Shown here piece by piece: positions 28,470 through 38,352 of a stretch of 64,000 nt of DNA (positions are counted from its first letter, which is position 1; every line of letters begins with the position of its first letter). A program made the position numbers and the translations under genes. The notes under the pieces are model-generated. The model saw only the letters and a program-made list of their open reading frames with translations, searched no databases and had not been told where the DNA came from. Location: IMG/VR virus record IMGVR_UViG_3300044633_000899, positions 232,331-296,330 of that record, one strand, 5' to 3'.

Positions 28470-31400
28470 CGGAGAAAATATATTAGTAGAATTTGATTAT
28501 GACAACGTATCGCTTATTGACCCAAACAAAGTTATTGATAATGACGGTAAAGTAAAAGATAGGTTAGTCAAACAAGAAAATTTGGTAATGTATGCCAACC
28601 TTGAATGTAGTGTTGTACCAAGAACCAAACTGGCGATTGGTGCGGCATTAAACGATAATGTACGAACAATATCTGTTGGTAAAATAAATTTCCTAAATCC
28701 AGGGTTTAAAACATTTTTGGACAATAACTGGTCTGATGAAATAACAGGTAAAGGAACGATTAAAGGTGTTGGTGTTAACCAACCAAAATTAAACGCGGTG
28801 AAAAACCCCCAAAAATCGGACGATTATTATATAACACAATCAACATATTCAAATGGAACTCCAGGTGCTGTTGACAATGGATTATTGGGTATTAAAACAA
28901 TTGATGTATCAATTGACAGTAGTTTTTACCCCCAAATTACAATAACATTAGAGGACGTTAAAGGTCGTGCTTTATTTGAGGGTGGAAATAGTTCACCATA
29001 CGCTGCGTTCTACCAATTACCCTACCCAATTTTTTATTTAACACTAAAGGGTTATTACGGTAAGGCGGTTAGAATGCCATTAATGTTACAAACATTTAAT
29101 TCTGTTTTTGACGGAACAACAGGTAATTTTAAAGTTACATTAAAATTATTTGGTTATAAATATGGTATTATGTCCTATGTAAATTGGGGACATATGTTAG
29201 CCGTTCCACATATGTATAATTCGTTTGTAAGTACAAATCAAGTATCACAAGGTAATCAACAAACTGGGGGTGAAAACGTAAAACCAATTGTTGTATCTAG
29301 GGGGTATCAGAAAATGAAAGAATTATATTCAGAATATAAATCAAAAGGTTTAATTGACGATGATTTCCCAGAATACAATTTATTTCAATTGAAAAGTAAA
29401 TTAGATAAATTTATTACGAATATATTAGAAAAATTTACAAAAGAAAACTTAGGACCATTAACTGAGTTAGACAATTATGCAACAATATTGACTGAACTAC
29501 AAAATAGAGTTTTCTTTAACGGGAAATCGTGGTTTGCAACATATTTGGACGAAAAAGAACCATTAGTTTTACTGGATGGAACTAAAGTATATGGTTTTAG
29601 GAAAGAATTTAACACACCACAAAAAAAAATAACAGCACTCACAGAACTAGGTGGGATTATAATAGAATTTAAACAAAAGTTAGATAATAATAGTGTTTGT
29701 GGGACAAACGGAAAATATATTGTTGGTGGTAAAGAAACTAGAGCACAAGTACCACTTAATGTTAGTGTAGATAATGTTATTAAAACAATAACAACCAACG
29801 ATGTTGATTTTAATAAATCAGCCCAAGAAACTTTTAAAAAGACAACGATATCTGATTTGGCATTAGTTGAATACATCGCAACAAAAACTCGTGATATTAA
29901 CGCTAATAAAAATTATTATATTTTTGATGGTAAATCAAATTTTAATGATATTTGTAATCAAGCGGCAAAAGATTTAAAATCTTTAAGAACTGAAATTGAA
30001 AAACAAATTGGTGACAATTTATCAGATCAATTAGCAAGAAAAGATAGTGGTATTGGGTTTAAACCAACAATAAGAAACATATTAGCGGTTTTCTTTGCAC
30101 AAGGTGAAGCGTTTTTAAGGTTAATGGATGATGTTCACCACTCGGCTTGGGACGTTAGAGATAATCCATATCGTAAAGCGTCAGTTTTTACCTCATCAAC
30201 AGCACAAAGTGTTGATGTTAAGAACTCACAAGAACAAGGAGAACCTATATACCCTTGGCCACAAATAATTATTGAAAATCAAACAGGTGAGGGTGAGAAA
30301 TTTGAATGTAAATACCCTGGTGATCCTAAAATATCAGCAATAACAAAGGCGTATATTCCAGAGTTATGGCCAGAAGTTGAGTTTGTTGAAGAATTTATTA
30401 AAGGTTTTATTGAAAGGGAGGAAACACAACCAGATTTAGGTGATACAAATAATAGTGAACAACAACCGAATAGATTAAGTTTAAATGCGTTAGACTTCCC
30501 GATATCAAACGAGGTTTTCCAAAATAAAGAAGAGGTTAAATTTTATTATGAAATTTACGAGAGGATTATGGTTAACACTTTTTTTTCAAAACTAAGTCGT
30601 ATTGATGGATACCAATCTAGTGTTTATTTGGTTGAATCTGAAAACGAAAAAATTAACGCATTAAAAAGTTTGGGTGTTGATAGTCCATTTTTAATTAAAA
30701 AACTAAAACAATATTTAATTGAAGGTGATAATTTTTTAACTTTTTTACGACATATATCAAATCAGGGTGAAGGTGAAAGTTGGCAAAAATTTATTAGAGG
30801 TGAGTTTGTTACACCGTATATTAAAAATAATACTGATGTACCATACCAATTGTTTAATAAAAATATATTAACAAATCCAACATCACAACCAAATGTGTCG
30901 GCAACACAACAAGCGAAAATTGAGGATTATATAAATGTGAAAACGTATAGTAATCAATATGATTTTACTGATATGTATCCAATTACGAATTTAGATTGGT
31001 GTAAAAACTATTTGGCAAATGGTAAATCAACAAATGGTGTCAATGATATTTTTAATACGAATAAAACGTTAGTATATAGTACAACACATAAAAACATAAC
31101 AAATTTTAGTGATACGGATAACGAAGATACTAAACGACCGATAACAAATTTTAACTACACTTCCGAAATTTTTAATCAGACACTCAACACGAATTTAAAA
31201 GAATTTTATGAAAATAGAAAAATTGAAGAACAATTTATTACCGAAGGAAACGTTTATTATAGTGGGTATAATGGTTATTTAACTCAAAACCAAACAACAT
31301 CAATGTTAAACACACCATATTTTATCAACGCGATACAAGATGGTGTATTTAATTTTAGGTTTAACGTGAAAGAAACCAGTCCATATAAAGCGGCAGCGTT

Positions 31401-34400
31401 TTTATTTATAAACAGTTTACCAGTTGCAACATTAAAAGAAAAATTTAAAACAAAAGATTCTGTAAATGATCTTGATTATATTGTGTCAACATTGAAAAAA
31501 TTTGGCGGTGTTCACAAGTTACCATATGTTTGGATATTAAAATACGGATCAATTTGGCATAGATATAAAGTTTGGAATAGAGAAGGTAAAGATATCTTAA
31601 ATAACGCTTGGAAAGACTTTAACTATTTAGGTAATTTTGATCCAGTAAATTCTGCATCAACAAAAACATATTCACTCAATATTAATAACACAACCAGAGA
31701 TATAACATTAACAAATAATTTAGGTACTGGAACATACACGACATACATTAATACTGGGTTTTACCCCAAGTTAATTGACGATATGAATGTGTTTTTACAG
31801 GGTTTAAAGTTGTTTAGTGGTGCAACACAAATAAATGGTACTTGTAGTGTGTTTGATAACACAATGGTTGTATCAACATTAAGTGATAATAATTTAACAG
31901 TTGGTCAAATAATTTCAGGACCAAACGTTGATATTGGTACGACAATAACAGGACAATTAAGTGGTACAACTGGTGGTGTTGGTATTTATACCGTATCACC
32001 ATCACAAAACACAACAACAACAATTAATGGTACTTGTAGTGTTTTAGATTCAACAATGGAAATCACCGATATAACTGGTGGTACATTAAACATTGGTGAT
32101 ATTATCGCAGGACCAAATATAATACCTGGAACAAAAATTACTGGTCAAATAGTAGAAACATCAAACCCAAATTTGGTATATACGATTAACAACAATCAAA
32201 ATTTAAGTGGTGAGGTATTCTTTGTCTCAAATCCAACTGATTTTTTTGTAACTAATGTATCATCAATTGGATATAGTCAAACAGATATTCAAACACTAAT
32301 TAACGACAAACAAATTGTATTAACGACAAACACTAACTCAAAGATATTAAAACCACTAGGTTTTGACCCAAATAATCCATCAAGATTATTAAATTTAACA
32401 CCTTGGTCTGTATTATCAAAAGTAAAAAATAAAGAAGAATATTATGTTATACCTTCATTCGGCACAACAAAAAACCAGATAAATAATGAATGTTTTAAAA
32501 ACAATAAACTAAAGATAGAACTTACTGGTAATACAGCAATGTTTAATGGATCAACGAGGTTGTTTTGGGGTGCACCAAACTACGGGTATTTTGATAATAA
32601 TAAATTAACAATACCAACACCCGATTCATATTTAAAACAAATTTTTAACGATAAAACAATACAAGAAAACTTCTCCATTAATGGGGATGTAACAAAATAC
32701 TCAAAAATCTCAGAAATATTTACAACATTTGAAACTGAGGTTTTGGATTATCTGGAAGAGGAATTTTTAAATTTTAGTAAGTCAATTTATGATTATAAAA
32801 CATTAATTCCTGGTCAAGAAGACGAGGAAACTGAAACCGATATCGCAATTAAAAATTTCCAATATCTAATGCGTTTAATTTTAAAAATTGAAAAACCAAC
32901 ATCACTTGAAACTGAAGGTTTGATAGATGAGGTTATTACAAAACAAAACGCAACCTTTGGTTCATATTTTAATAAATTAATGACATATGATTGTGTTTTA
33001 AAATTAGGTAATCCAACAATGTTTGATAAAAAATTGTTTTATACATTCTCAACTAAATTTATTCAAGATCCAATAACATTTAATGGTTACAGTCAAGGGA
33101 TTGGAGATGTATTACCAACAACAAACGGAACAATATCATTAGCACAATCAAAACAAATTAATCCCCAAACGTGGAAAGATTTAGAATATTATGTTGGGTT
33201 TTCGGAAATACCAAAATTAAAATATACAGACAACGGATCCTATATCACAGATTTCTTTGTTGATTTAAATGTTGAGTTTACACAAAAAAACGTAAAAGCG
33301 TTTGCACCAATTATAAAACTGTATGCAACACAAAAACTACAAGACCCAACTATTGACGCATCAAAATTTTATGGTGCGATGAATCTATATTTGGACAATT
33401 GTGAATTATATTTAAAAAATGTTATTGATGATTTAATGACGGGTATTAGAAATGAGTTACCAGATATTACAATAAATAGAGAAGATTTGAGTGCGAAGGC
33501 ACCATTAACAGGTGACCAGAGTAGAGATGAACTTTGGGATTCATTTAAGTCACTAAACGACACTTGGATTTCAGGTAGTGATTTTAAAACAAAAACATTA
33601 TTTGAGGATATTTTATTATTTGACAGAGCATGTAGAGACGTTGGTCAAAAAGTGTTGGTTGATATTTTTATGGTTAAAGATATGATTGAGGGTGGTCAAC
33701 CAAAAAGTAGTATGGAAAACATCATTAAATCCATTATTCAACCCTATTTCAGCATGTTTCCATTACCGGCCTATAGTAATTTCTACAACGCACAAGACGC
33801 GGTTAAAAACGCAACACCAAGTCCAGAAGGATCAACAGAGTTTGCCAACTCAATTTGGGGTACGTTTTTAAATGTTGATTATAGAAACACTTCACCAAAA
33901 TATTTGTGTTATTATAGAAATGTACCTAGCAATCATTTAGCGATGAATGATAATGCTGATTGTAAATTTAGGGATGATGCTTTTGATTTACGAAGAGCAA
34001 GTGATAATCCATTATTGGAAAATCAATTAAATAAAACAGACTGGGATAAATCAAATAAAGTTTGTGGTTTTAATGTTGATTTTAGTAATCAAAACCAACA
34101 GATATTTACACAATTTAATTTACAACAAAGTGTTGGTAAACCAACCGCGGAATCATTACAAATGATTAATCAAATGGCAAACACCACAAGAAATAGAAGT
34201 ACTGGTGTTCAAAACCCATCACTATATAATATCTATAAAAACAGAAGTTATGAATGTACTATAGATATGATGGGTAACGCACTGATGCAACCTATGATGT
34301 ACTTTAATCTAAGAAACGTACCAATGTTTAGTGGTCCATATATGATACAAAAGATTTCACATAGTATTAGTGAGGGTGAATTTAAAACTAGTGTTACAGG

Positions 34401-35160
34401 AACTAGACAACCATTTTATGATCTACCAAAGGTTGATAATTTTATCCAATCGATTAATATAAATTTAATTAGTAAATTAAAAGAACAATTACAGAAAAAA
34501 GAAGCCGAAGATAGAAAATCAACAACAAATGTTATAACACAAATAAATAACGTTGTTTCAACCGCATTAGAAAAAGATGTTTTAACAACAAACCAAGACT
34601 GTGGTAATAATTTAAAACCTATTTACCAAAATTACACAACGATTGACGCACCAGAGTTAAAAACAATAAGTGCGCAAGTTTTAAACCAATTAATAATAAC
34701 TAAAGTTAGATCTTTTGGATATGAGGCAAACACACAAAGAGATTTTGATATTAGACAATTATTATTTAATTTAATTTATTTAGATTCGGGTAGTGGCAAT
34801 TCTTTTAAGGGTTATGAAAACAACTTATCATCAATATCATTAGATGAAACTTATGGTCCAGCATTTGTTAATTACGTTGATAAAAAATATTTTTGTGTTA
34901 ATAGAGGCAATATTAAAAATACGCCAATGGTTAGATTTACGAGTTTGGATAAATTTATGGAGTTTGCGGTTGCTAGGGCTAACAATCTTTTATCGGCATA
35001 CACATCTAATAAAACCCCAGAAAACATTGTTAAATTATACATCACCTCTTGGCCGGTCAACAGAGATTCTAGTGTTTATGATAAATTAATAGAAGAAGAT
35101 AGGAAAAAAATGGTTGATAGAGTTTTTGTTGGTGATAATCTTTTTGCGTCACAGAATTAA
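28459..35160 (+). CDS. Baseplate hub protein (gp27/VgrG-like) with multiple insertions
   Basis: N-terminal LLGIKTIDV...PQITITLEDVKG and C-terminal CTIDMMGN...GPYMIQKISHSISEGEFKTSVTG barrels; follows the LysM gene. Confidence 0.65.
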   Translation: MVDNGENILVEFDYDNVSLIDPNKVIDNDGKVKDRLVKQENLVMYANLECSVVPRTKLAIGAALNDNVRTISVGKINFLNPGFKTFLDNNWSDEITGKGTIKGVGVNQPKLNAVKNPQKSDDYYITQSTYSNGTPGAVDNGLLGIKTIDVSIDSSFYPQITITLEDVKGRALFEGGNSSPYAAFYQLPYPIFYLTLKGYYGKAVRMPLMLQTFNSVFDGTTGNFKVTLKLFGYKYGIMSYVNWGHMLAVPHMYNSFVSTNQVSQGNQQTGGENVKPIVVSRGYQKMKELYSEYKSKGLIDDDFPEYNLFQLKSKLDKFITNILEKFTKENLGPLTELDNYATILTELQNRVFFNGKSWFATYLDEKEPLVLLDGTKVYGFRKEFNTPQKKITALTELGGIIIEFKQKLDNNSVCGTNGKYIVGGKETRAQVPLNVSVDNVIKTITTNDVDFNKSAQETFKKTTISDLALVEYIATKTRDINANKNYYIFDGKSNFNDICNQAAKDLKSLRTEIEKQIGDNLSDQLARKDSGIGFKPTIRNILAVFFAQGEAFLRLMDDVHHSAWDVRDNPYRKASVFTSSTAQSVDVKNSQEQGEPIYPWPQIIIENQTGEGEKFECKYPGDPKISAITKAYIPELWPEVEFVEEFIKGFIEREETQPDLGDTNNSEQQPNRLSLNALDFPISNEVFQNKEEVKFYYEIYERIMVNTFFSKLSRIDGYQSSVYLVESENEKINALKSLGVDSPFLIKKLKQYLIEGDNFLTFLRHISNQGEGESWQKFIRGEFVTPYIKNNTDVPYQLFNKNILTNPTSQPNVSATQQAKIEDYINVKTYSNQYDFTDMYPITNLDWCKNYLANGKSTNGVNDIFNTNKTLVYSTTHKNITNFSDTDNEDTKRPITNFNYTSEIFNQTLNTNLKEFYENRKIEEQFITEGNVYYSGYNGYLTQNQTTSMLNTPYFINAIQDGVFNFRFNVKETSPYKAAAFLFINSLPVATLKEKFKTKDSVNDLDYIVSTLKKFGGVHKLPYVWILKYGSIWHRYKVWNREGKDILNNAWKDFNYLGNFDPVNSASTKTYSLNINNTTRDITLTNNLGTGTYTTYINTGFYPKLIDDMNVFLQGLKLFSGATQINGTCSVFDNTMVVSTLSDNNLTVGQIISGPNVDIGTTITGQLSGTTGGVGIYTVSPSQNTTTTINGTCSVLDSTMEITDITGGTLNIGDIIAGPNIIPGTKITGQIVETSNPNLVYTINNNQNLSGEVFFVSNPTDFFVTNVSSIGYSQTDIQTLINDKQIVLTTNTNSKILKPLGFDPNNPSRLLNLTPWSVLSKVKNKEEYYVIPSFGTTKNQINNECFKNNKLKIELTGNTAMFNGSTRLFWGAPNYGYFDNNKLTIPTPDSYLKQIFNDKTIQENFSINGDVTKYSKISEIFTTFETEVLDYLEEEFLNFSKSIYDYKTLIPGQEDEETETDIAIKNFQYLMRLILKIEKPTSLETEGLIDEVITKQNATFGSYFNKLMTYDCVLKLGNPTMFDKKLFYTFSTKFIQDPITFNGYSQGIGDVLPTTNGTISLAQSKQINPQTWKDLEYYVGFSEIPKLKYTDNGSYITDFFVDLNVEFTQKNVKAFAPIIKLYATQKLQDPTIDASKFYGAMNLYLDNCELYLKNVIDDLMTGIRNELPDITINREDLSAKAPLTGDQSRDELWDSFKSLNDTWISGSDFKTKTLFEDILLFDRACRDVGQKVLVDIFMVKDMIEGGQPKSSMENIIKSIIQPYFSMFPLPAYSNFYNAQDAVKNATPSPEGSTEFANSIWGTFLNVDYRNTSPKYLCYYRNVPSNHLAMNDNADCKFRDDAFDLRRASDNPLLENQLNKTDWDKSNKVCGFNVDFSNQNQQIFTQFNLQQSVGKPTAESLQMINQMANTTRNRSTGVQNPSLYNIYKNRSYECTIDMMGNALMQPMMYFNLRNVPMFSGPYMIQKISHSISEGEFKTSVTGTRQPFYDLPKVDNFIQSININLISKLKEQLQKKEAEDRKSTTNVITQINNVVSTALEKDVLTTNQDCGNNLKPIYQNYTTIDAPELKTISAQVLNQLIITKVRSFGYEANTQRDFDIRQLLFNLIYLDSGSGNSFKGYENNLSSISLDETYGPAFVNYVDKKYFCVNRGNIKNTPMVRFTSLDKFMEFAVARANNLLSAYTSNKTPENIVKLYITSWPVNRDSSVYDKLIEEDRKKMVDRVFVGDNLFASQN

Positions 35161-35202
35161 TTTTATTGATTACTGGTATATTTATAATAAAAACAAATAA
35201 CT

Positions 35203-35427
35203 ATGAGTACAAATTTAATATTAGACAATTTTTTAGGTAAAAACGCTAAAACGTCAGAGAAAGATCTTGGTAATGGAACAAAACAAGTTTGTGATTTAAC
35301 AAACGGTGAATGTTATGTTGTTAGAGAAAAAGATGGGTTAATTGAAAGAGTTGACAACACAATGAAAACAAATAAAAAAATCCAGGTTGAAACTAAAACT
35401 GGAATAAAACAACTTTTAAACGATTAA
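35203..35427 (+). CDS. Hypothetical protein
   Basis: 74-aa ORF with TATTTAT upstream (35179), coupled to the next gene. Confidence 0.7.
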   Translation: MSTNLILDNFLGKNAKTSEKDLGNGTKQVCDLTNGECYVVREKDGLIERVDNTMKTNKKIQVETKTGIKQLLND

Positions 35428-35428
35428 T

Positions 35429-36100
35429 ATGTCTATTGATAAAAAAATATTAGAAGAAATTGCAAGGTTTAATAATATAAATAATTATATTTTAGAACAA
35501 GAAGATCCGAATATGATACCACCTGCGGATCCTAACGCAATGCCGCCTGCTGACCCGAATATGATGCCACCGGCCGACCCTAACGCGATGCCACCTGCTG
35601 ACCCAAATGCCGCACCACCAGCCGATCCGAACGCACCACCAGCAGCACCAACACCAATTGATGTTGAAGCAGACAAAGACGTTGAAGTTATTGGTGATGA
35701 TGAAAATGAAGAATTAGAAATAACTGATCTTGTTGATTCACAAAAAAGTATTGGTGAGAAACAAGACGAATATTTTGATAATTTATTTGCACAAATAAAA
35801 GGTCTTGAAGAAAAATTATCGGCAATGGATCAATTAGTTTCAAAGATAGATAACTTAGAAACAAACATTGAGAAAATGAGACCTAAAACACCACAAGAAA
35901 AACTTGAATTAAGAAGTTTGGATTCTGGACCATTTAATCAAAAACTATCAGATTTTTTCACAGACAAACAAGAAGACTTTGAAAAAACTGGAAAAGAATA
36001 TGTATTAACAACAGATGATGTTGAACAATATTCTGGAAACCAAATTAAAGACTCATTCACCGATTACGAAGACAATGAGGAAGACACTGAAATGATGTAA
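35429..36100 (+). CDS. Acidic coiled-coil protein with PPADPN repeats, possible scaffold/internal head protein
   Basis: Five PPADPN[AM]x units after a leader ending YILE|Q; acidic coiled-coil C-terminal half. Confidence 0.6.
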   Translation: MSIDKKILEEIARFNNINNYILEQEDPNMIPPADPNAMPPADPNMMPPADPNAMPPADPNAAPPADPNAPPAAPTPIDVEADKDVEVIGDDENEELEITDLVDSQKSIGEKQDEYFDNLFAQIKGLEEKLSAMDQLVSKIDNLETNIEKMRPKTPQEKLELRSLDSGPFNQKLSDFFTDKQEDFEKTGKEYVLTTDDVEQYSGNQIKDSFTDYEDNEEDTEMM

Positions 36101-36101
36101 C

Positions 36102-36139
36102 AAATAAGGTCGGAAAAAAAAACGACCTTATTTTTTTTT
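36102..36139 (+). terminator. Rho-independent terminator
   Basis: AAATAAGGTCG...CGACCTTATTT hairpin plus T-run. Confidence 0.8.
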
Positions 36140-36146
36140 AAACATA

Positions 36147-36175
36147 TTGACTACGACAATTATTTATCTTATATT
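36147..36175 (+). promoter_or_regulatory. sigma70-like promoter TTGACT-N17-TATATT upstream of SSB
   Basis: Exact 17-nt spacing, directly after a terminator. Confidence 0.65.
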
Positions 36176-36207
36176 TTCTATTGTAAACTTTTAAATTATA
36201 TACACAT

Positions 36208-37074
36208 ATGGCGACAAACAATGTTTTAGATGCAGTTTTGGCACAGTACGAAAACGCAAAACAAGGTGGTTCTTCTTCCACCTCAAAATTTTCACAAGAA
36301 GACAGAATGAAAAAGTATTTTGCTGCAATACTTAAAGATAACGAAAAACAAGGACAAAAAAGGATTCGTATCCTACCAACACCTGACGGTTCATCACCAT
36401 TTAAAGAAGTGTGGTTTCACGAAATCCAAGTTGATGGTAAATGGCAAAAATTTTACGACCCAGCAAAAAACGATAACGAAAGATCTCCATTAAGTGAGGT
36501 TTACGAAGAGTTAATGTCAACTGGAAAAGAATCCGACAAAGAATTGGCAAAACAATACAAACCTCGTAAGTTTTATATTGTTAAAGTTATTGACCGCGAC
36601 AACGAACAAGACGGAGTTAAGTTTTGGAGATTTAAACACAATTACAAACAAGAAGGAATTTTTGATAAAATTATTCCAATCTATAAGGCTAAAGGTGATG
36701 TTGCTGATGCGGAAAAAGGTAGAGACCTTATCCTTGAATTAACAAAAGCAAAAACACCAAAAGGGGCTTTTTATACCGTAATACAAACGGTAATGTATGA
36801 TGATCCATCACCAGTACACGATGAGGCAGATACAATGTCCGAATGGGTTAATGATGAATTAACTTGGGAAGATGTTTACTCTAAAAAACCAACAGAATAC
36901 TTGGAGTCAATCGCCAGAGGTGAAACACCAAGATGGGATACAGACGCTGGTAAATATGTGTATTCAGATACGTCAGAAGGCGAAATCACAATGGGTGGTT
37001 CTAAAACAACAACAGAACCAACATATGTAGATCCACAAGTCAACGAAGAAGTTGATGAAGAATTACCATTCTAA
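36208..37074 (+). CDS. Single-stranded DNA-binding protein (T4 gp32-like)
   Basis: RIRILP...PFKEVWFH, GRDLILEL and an acidic C-terminal tail ending EELPF. Confidence 0.85.
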   Translation: MATNNVLDAVLAQYENAKQGGSSSTSKFSQEDRMKKYFAAILKDNEKQGQKRIRILPTPDGSSPFKEVWFHEIQVDGKWQKFYDPAKNDNERSPLSEVYEELMSTGKESDKELAKQYKPRKFYIVKVIDRDNEQDGVKFWRFKHNYKQEGIFDKIIPIYKAKGDVADAEKGRDLILELTKAKTPKGAFYTVIQTVMYDDPSPVHDEADTMSEWVNDELTWEDVYSKKPTEYLESIARGETPRWDTDAGKYVYSDTSEGEITMGGSKTTTEPTYVDPQVNEEVDEELPF

Positions 37075-37093
37075 TTAAAATTTTAAAAAAATT

Positions 37094-37137
37094 ATATGGG
37101 TATATTGCTTGACAATGTACCCATATTTTATTATCTT
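37094..37137 (+). terminator. 14-bp hairpin terminator overlapping a TTGACA-N17-TATCTT promoter
   Basis: ATATGGGTATATTG-cttga-CAATGTACCCATAT plus T-rich run; TTGACA at 37109, TATCTT at 37132. Confidence 0.7.
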
Positions 37138-37151
37138 TAAATAAAAACATT

Positions 37152-38138
37152 ATGGCATTAAGGAAAAAAGAATTTAAATTTGAGGATATTAAATCAAAAT
37201 TCTCTAGCAAAACAAAATATAAACCAGAAGCGTTCTATAATTGTGGAGAAGCATTTATGGAAGCGTGCGGATTACCAGGTCCTGTAATGGGGGGTATATC
37301 GATGCTCTTGGGTCACAGCAACGCGTCAAAAACCACAGCAATGATTTTGGCTGCTGCGGATGCGCAAAAAAAAGGACATTTACCTGTGTTTATTATCAGT
37401 GAAAAAAAATGGAATTGGGACCACGCCGTAGAGTTAGGACTACAAGCGACAAAGAATGAAGAAGGTGAATGGGAGGGAATGTTTATATTTAATGATTCTT
37501 TTGACTATCTAGAACAAGCAACCGACTTTATGAATGAAATTTTAGATGCTCAAGAAAAGGGGGATATACCATATAGTATTGTATTTTGTTTTGACTCAAT
37601 CGGATCCATCCCATGTCAAATGACATACGAAGGAAAGGGTGGAGGCATGCATACAGCAAAAGTATTAGCAGATAAAGTTGGGATGGGACTACACTCAAGA
37701 ATTTCAAAATCAAAAAAAGAAGATTACCCATATTATAATACATTGATCGTGGTTAATCAGCCTTGGGTTCTTCTTCCGGACAACCCGTTCGGCCAGCCTG
37801 AAATCAAAAGTAAAGGTGGTGAGGCAATTTGGTTAGCTAGTAGTTTAATATTTCTTTTTGGAAATCAAAAAAAATCAGGTATTAACCATATTGACGCAAC
37901 AAAAAATGGTAGAAAAATTTCATTCGCAATACGAACCAAAATATCAATACTTAAAAATCACGTTAACGGATTAGGTTATAAAGATTCAAAAATTATTGCC
38001 GTTCATAATGGTTATATCTCAGACACAAAAGAATCGTTAGATAAATACAAAAAAGAATTTTCAGATTATTGGGCAACTAAAATGGGTGGTAATGATTTTT
38101 CATTGGAAGAATCAAAAGAACCTGATTTTGAAGATTAA
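37152..38138 (+). CDS. uvsX: RecA/UvsX-like recombinase
   Basis: P-loop region GHSNASKT, Walker B IVFCFDSIGS, LIVVNQ, GGEAIW...; adjacent to SSB. Confidence 0.85.
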   Translation: MALRKKEFKFEDIKSKFSSKTKYKPEAFYNCGEAFMEACGLPGPVMGGISMLLGHSNASKTTAMILAAADAQKKGHLPVFIISEKKWNWDHAVELGLQATKNEEGEWEGMFIFNDSFDYLEQATDFMNEILDAQEKGDIPYSIVFCFDSIGSIPCQMTYEGKGGGMHTAKVLADKVGMGLHSRISKSKKEDYPYYNTLIVVNQPWVLLPDNPFGQPEIKSKGGEAIWLASSLIFLFGNQKKSGINHIDATKNGRKISFAIRTKISILKNHVNGLGYKDSKIIAVHNGYISDTKESLDKYKKEFSDYWATKMGGNDFSLEESKEPDFED

Positions 38139-38190
38139 AAAAAATGTTTAAAATAACATTTTTAAAAAAAAACTAGATATTTATTAATAT

Positions 38191-38352
38191 ATGGGAAGAG
38201 TTAAAGTTGATACAGATAAAAAAAAGAAAAGTATTTCGGTTGCAATGGAACCAGAGGTTCTTGATTATATTAGAAACAAACATATCAATCTTTCTTCCCT
38301 AGTTAATAAACTATTGAAAGATTATATTAAAAATGGAAACAAAGATTTGTAA
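38191..38352 (+). CDS. 53-aa ribbon-helix-helix-like protein (absent from ORF track)
   Basis: MGRVKVDTDKKKKSISVAMEPEVLDYIRNKHINLSSLVNKLLKDYIKNGNKDL*; TATTTAT at 38178; overlaps the HNH start by 20 nt. Confidence 0.75.
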   Translation: MGRVKVDTDKKKKSISVAMEPEVLDYIRNKHINLSSLVNKLLKDYIKNGNKDL

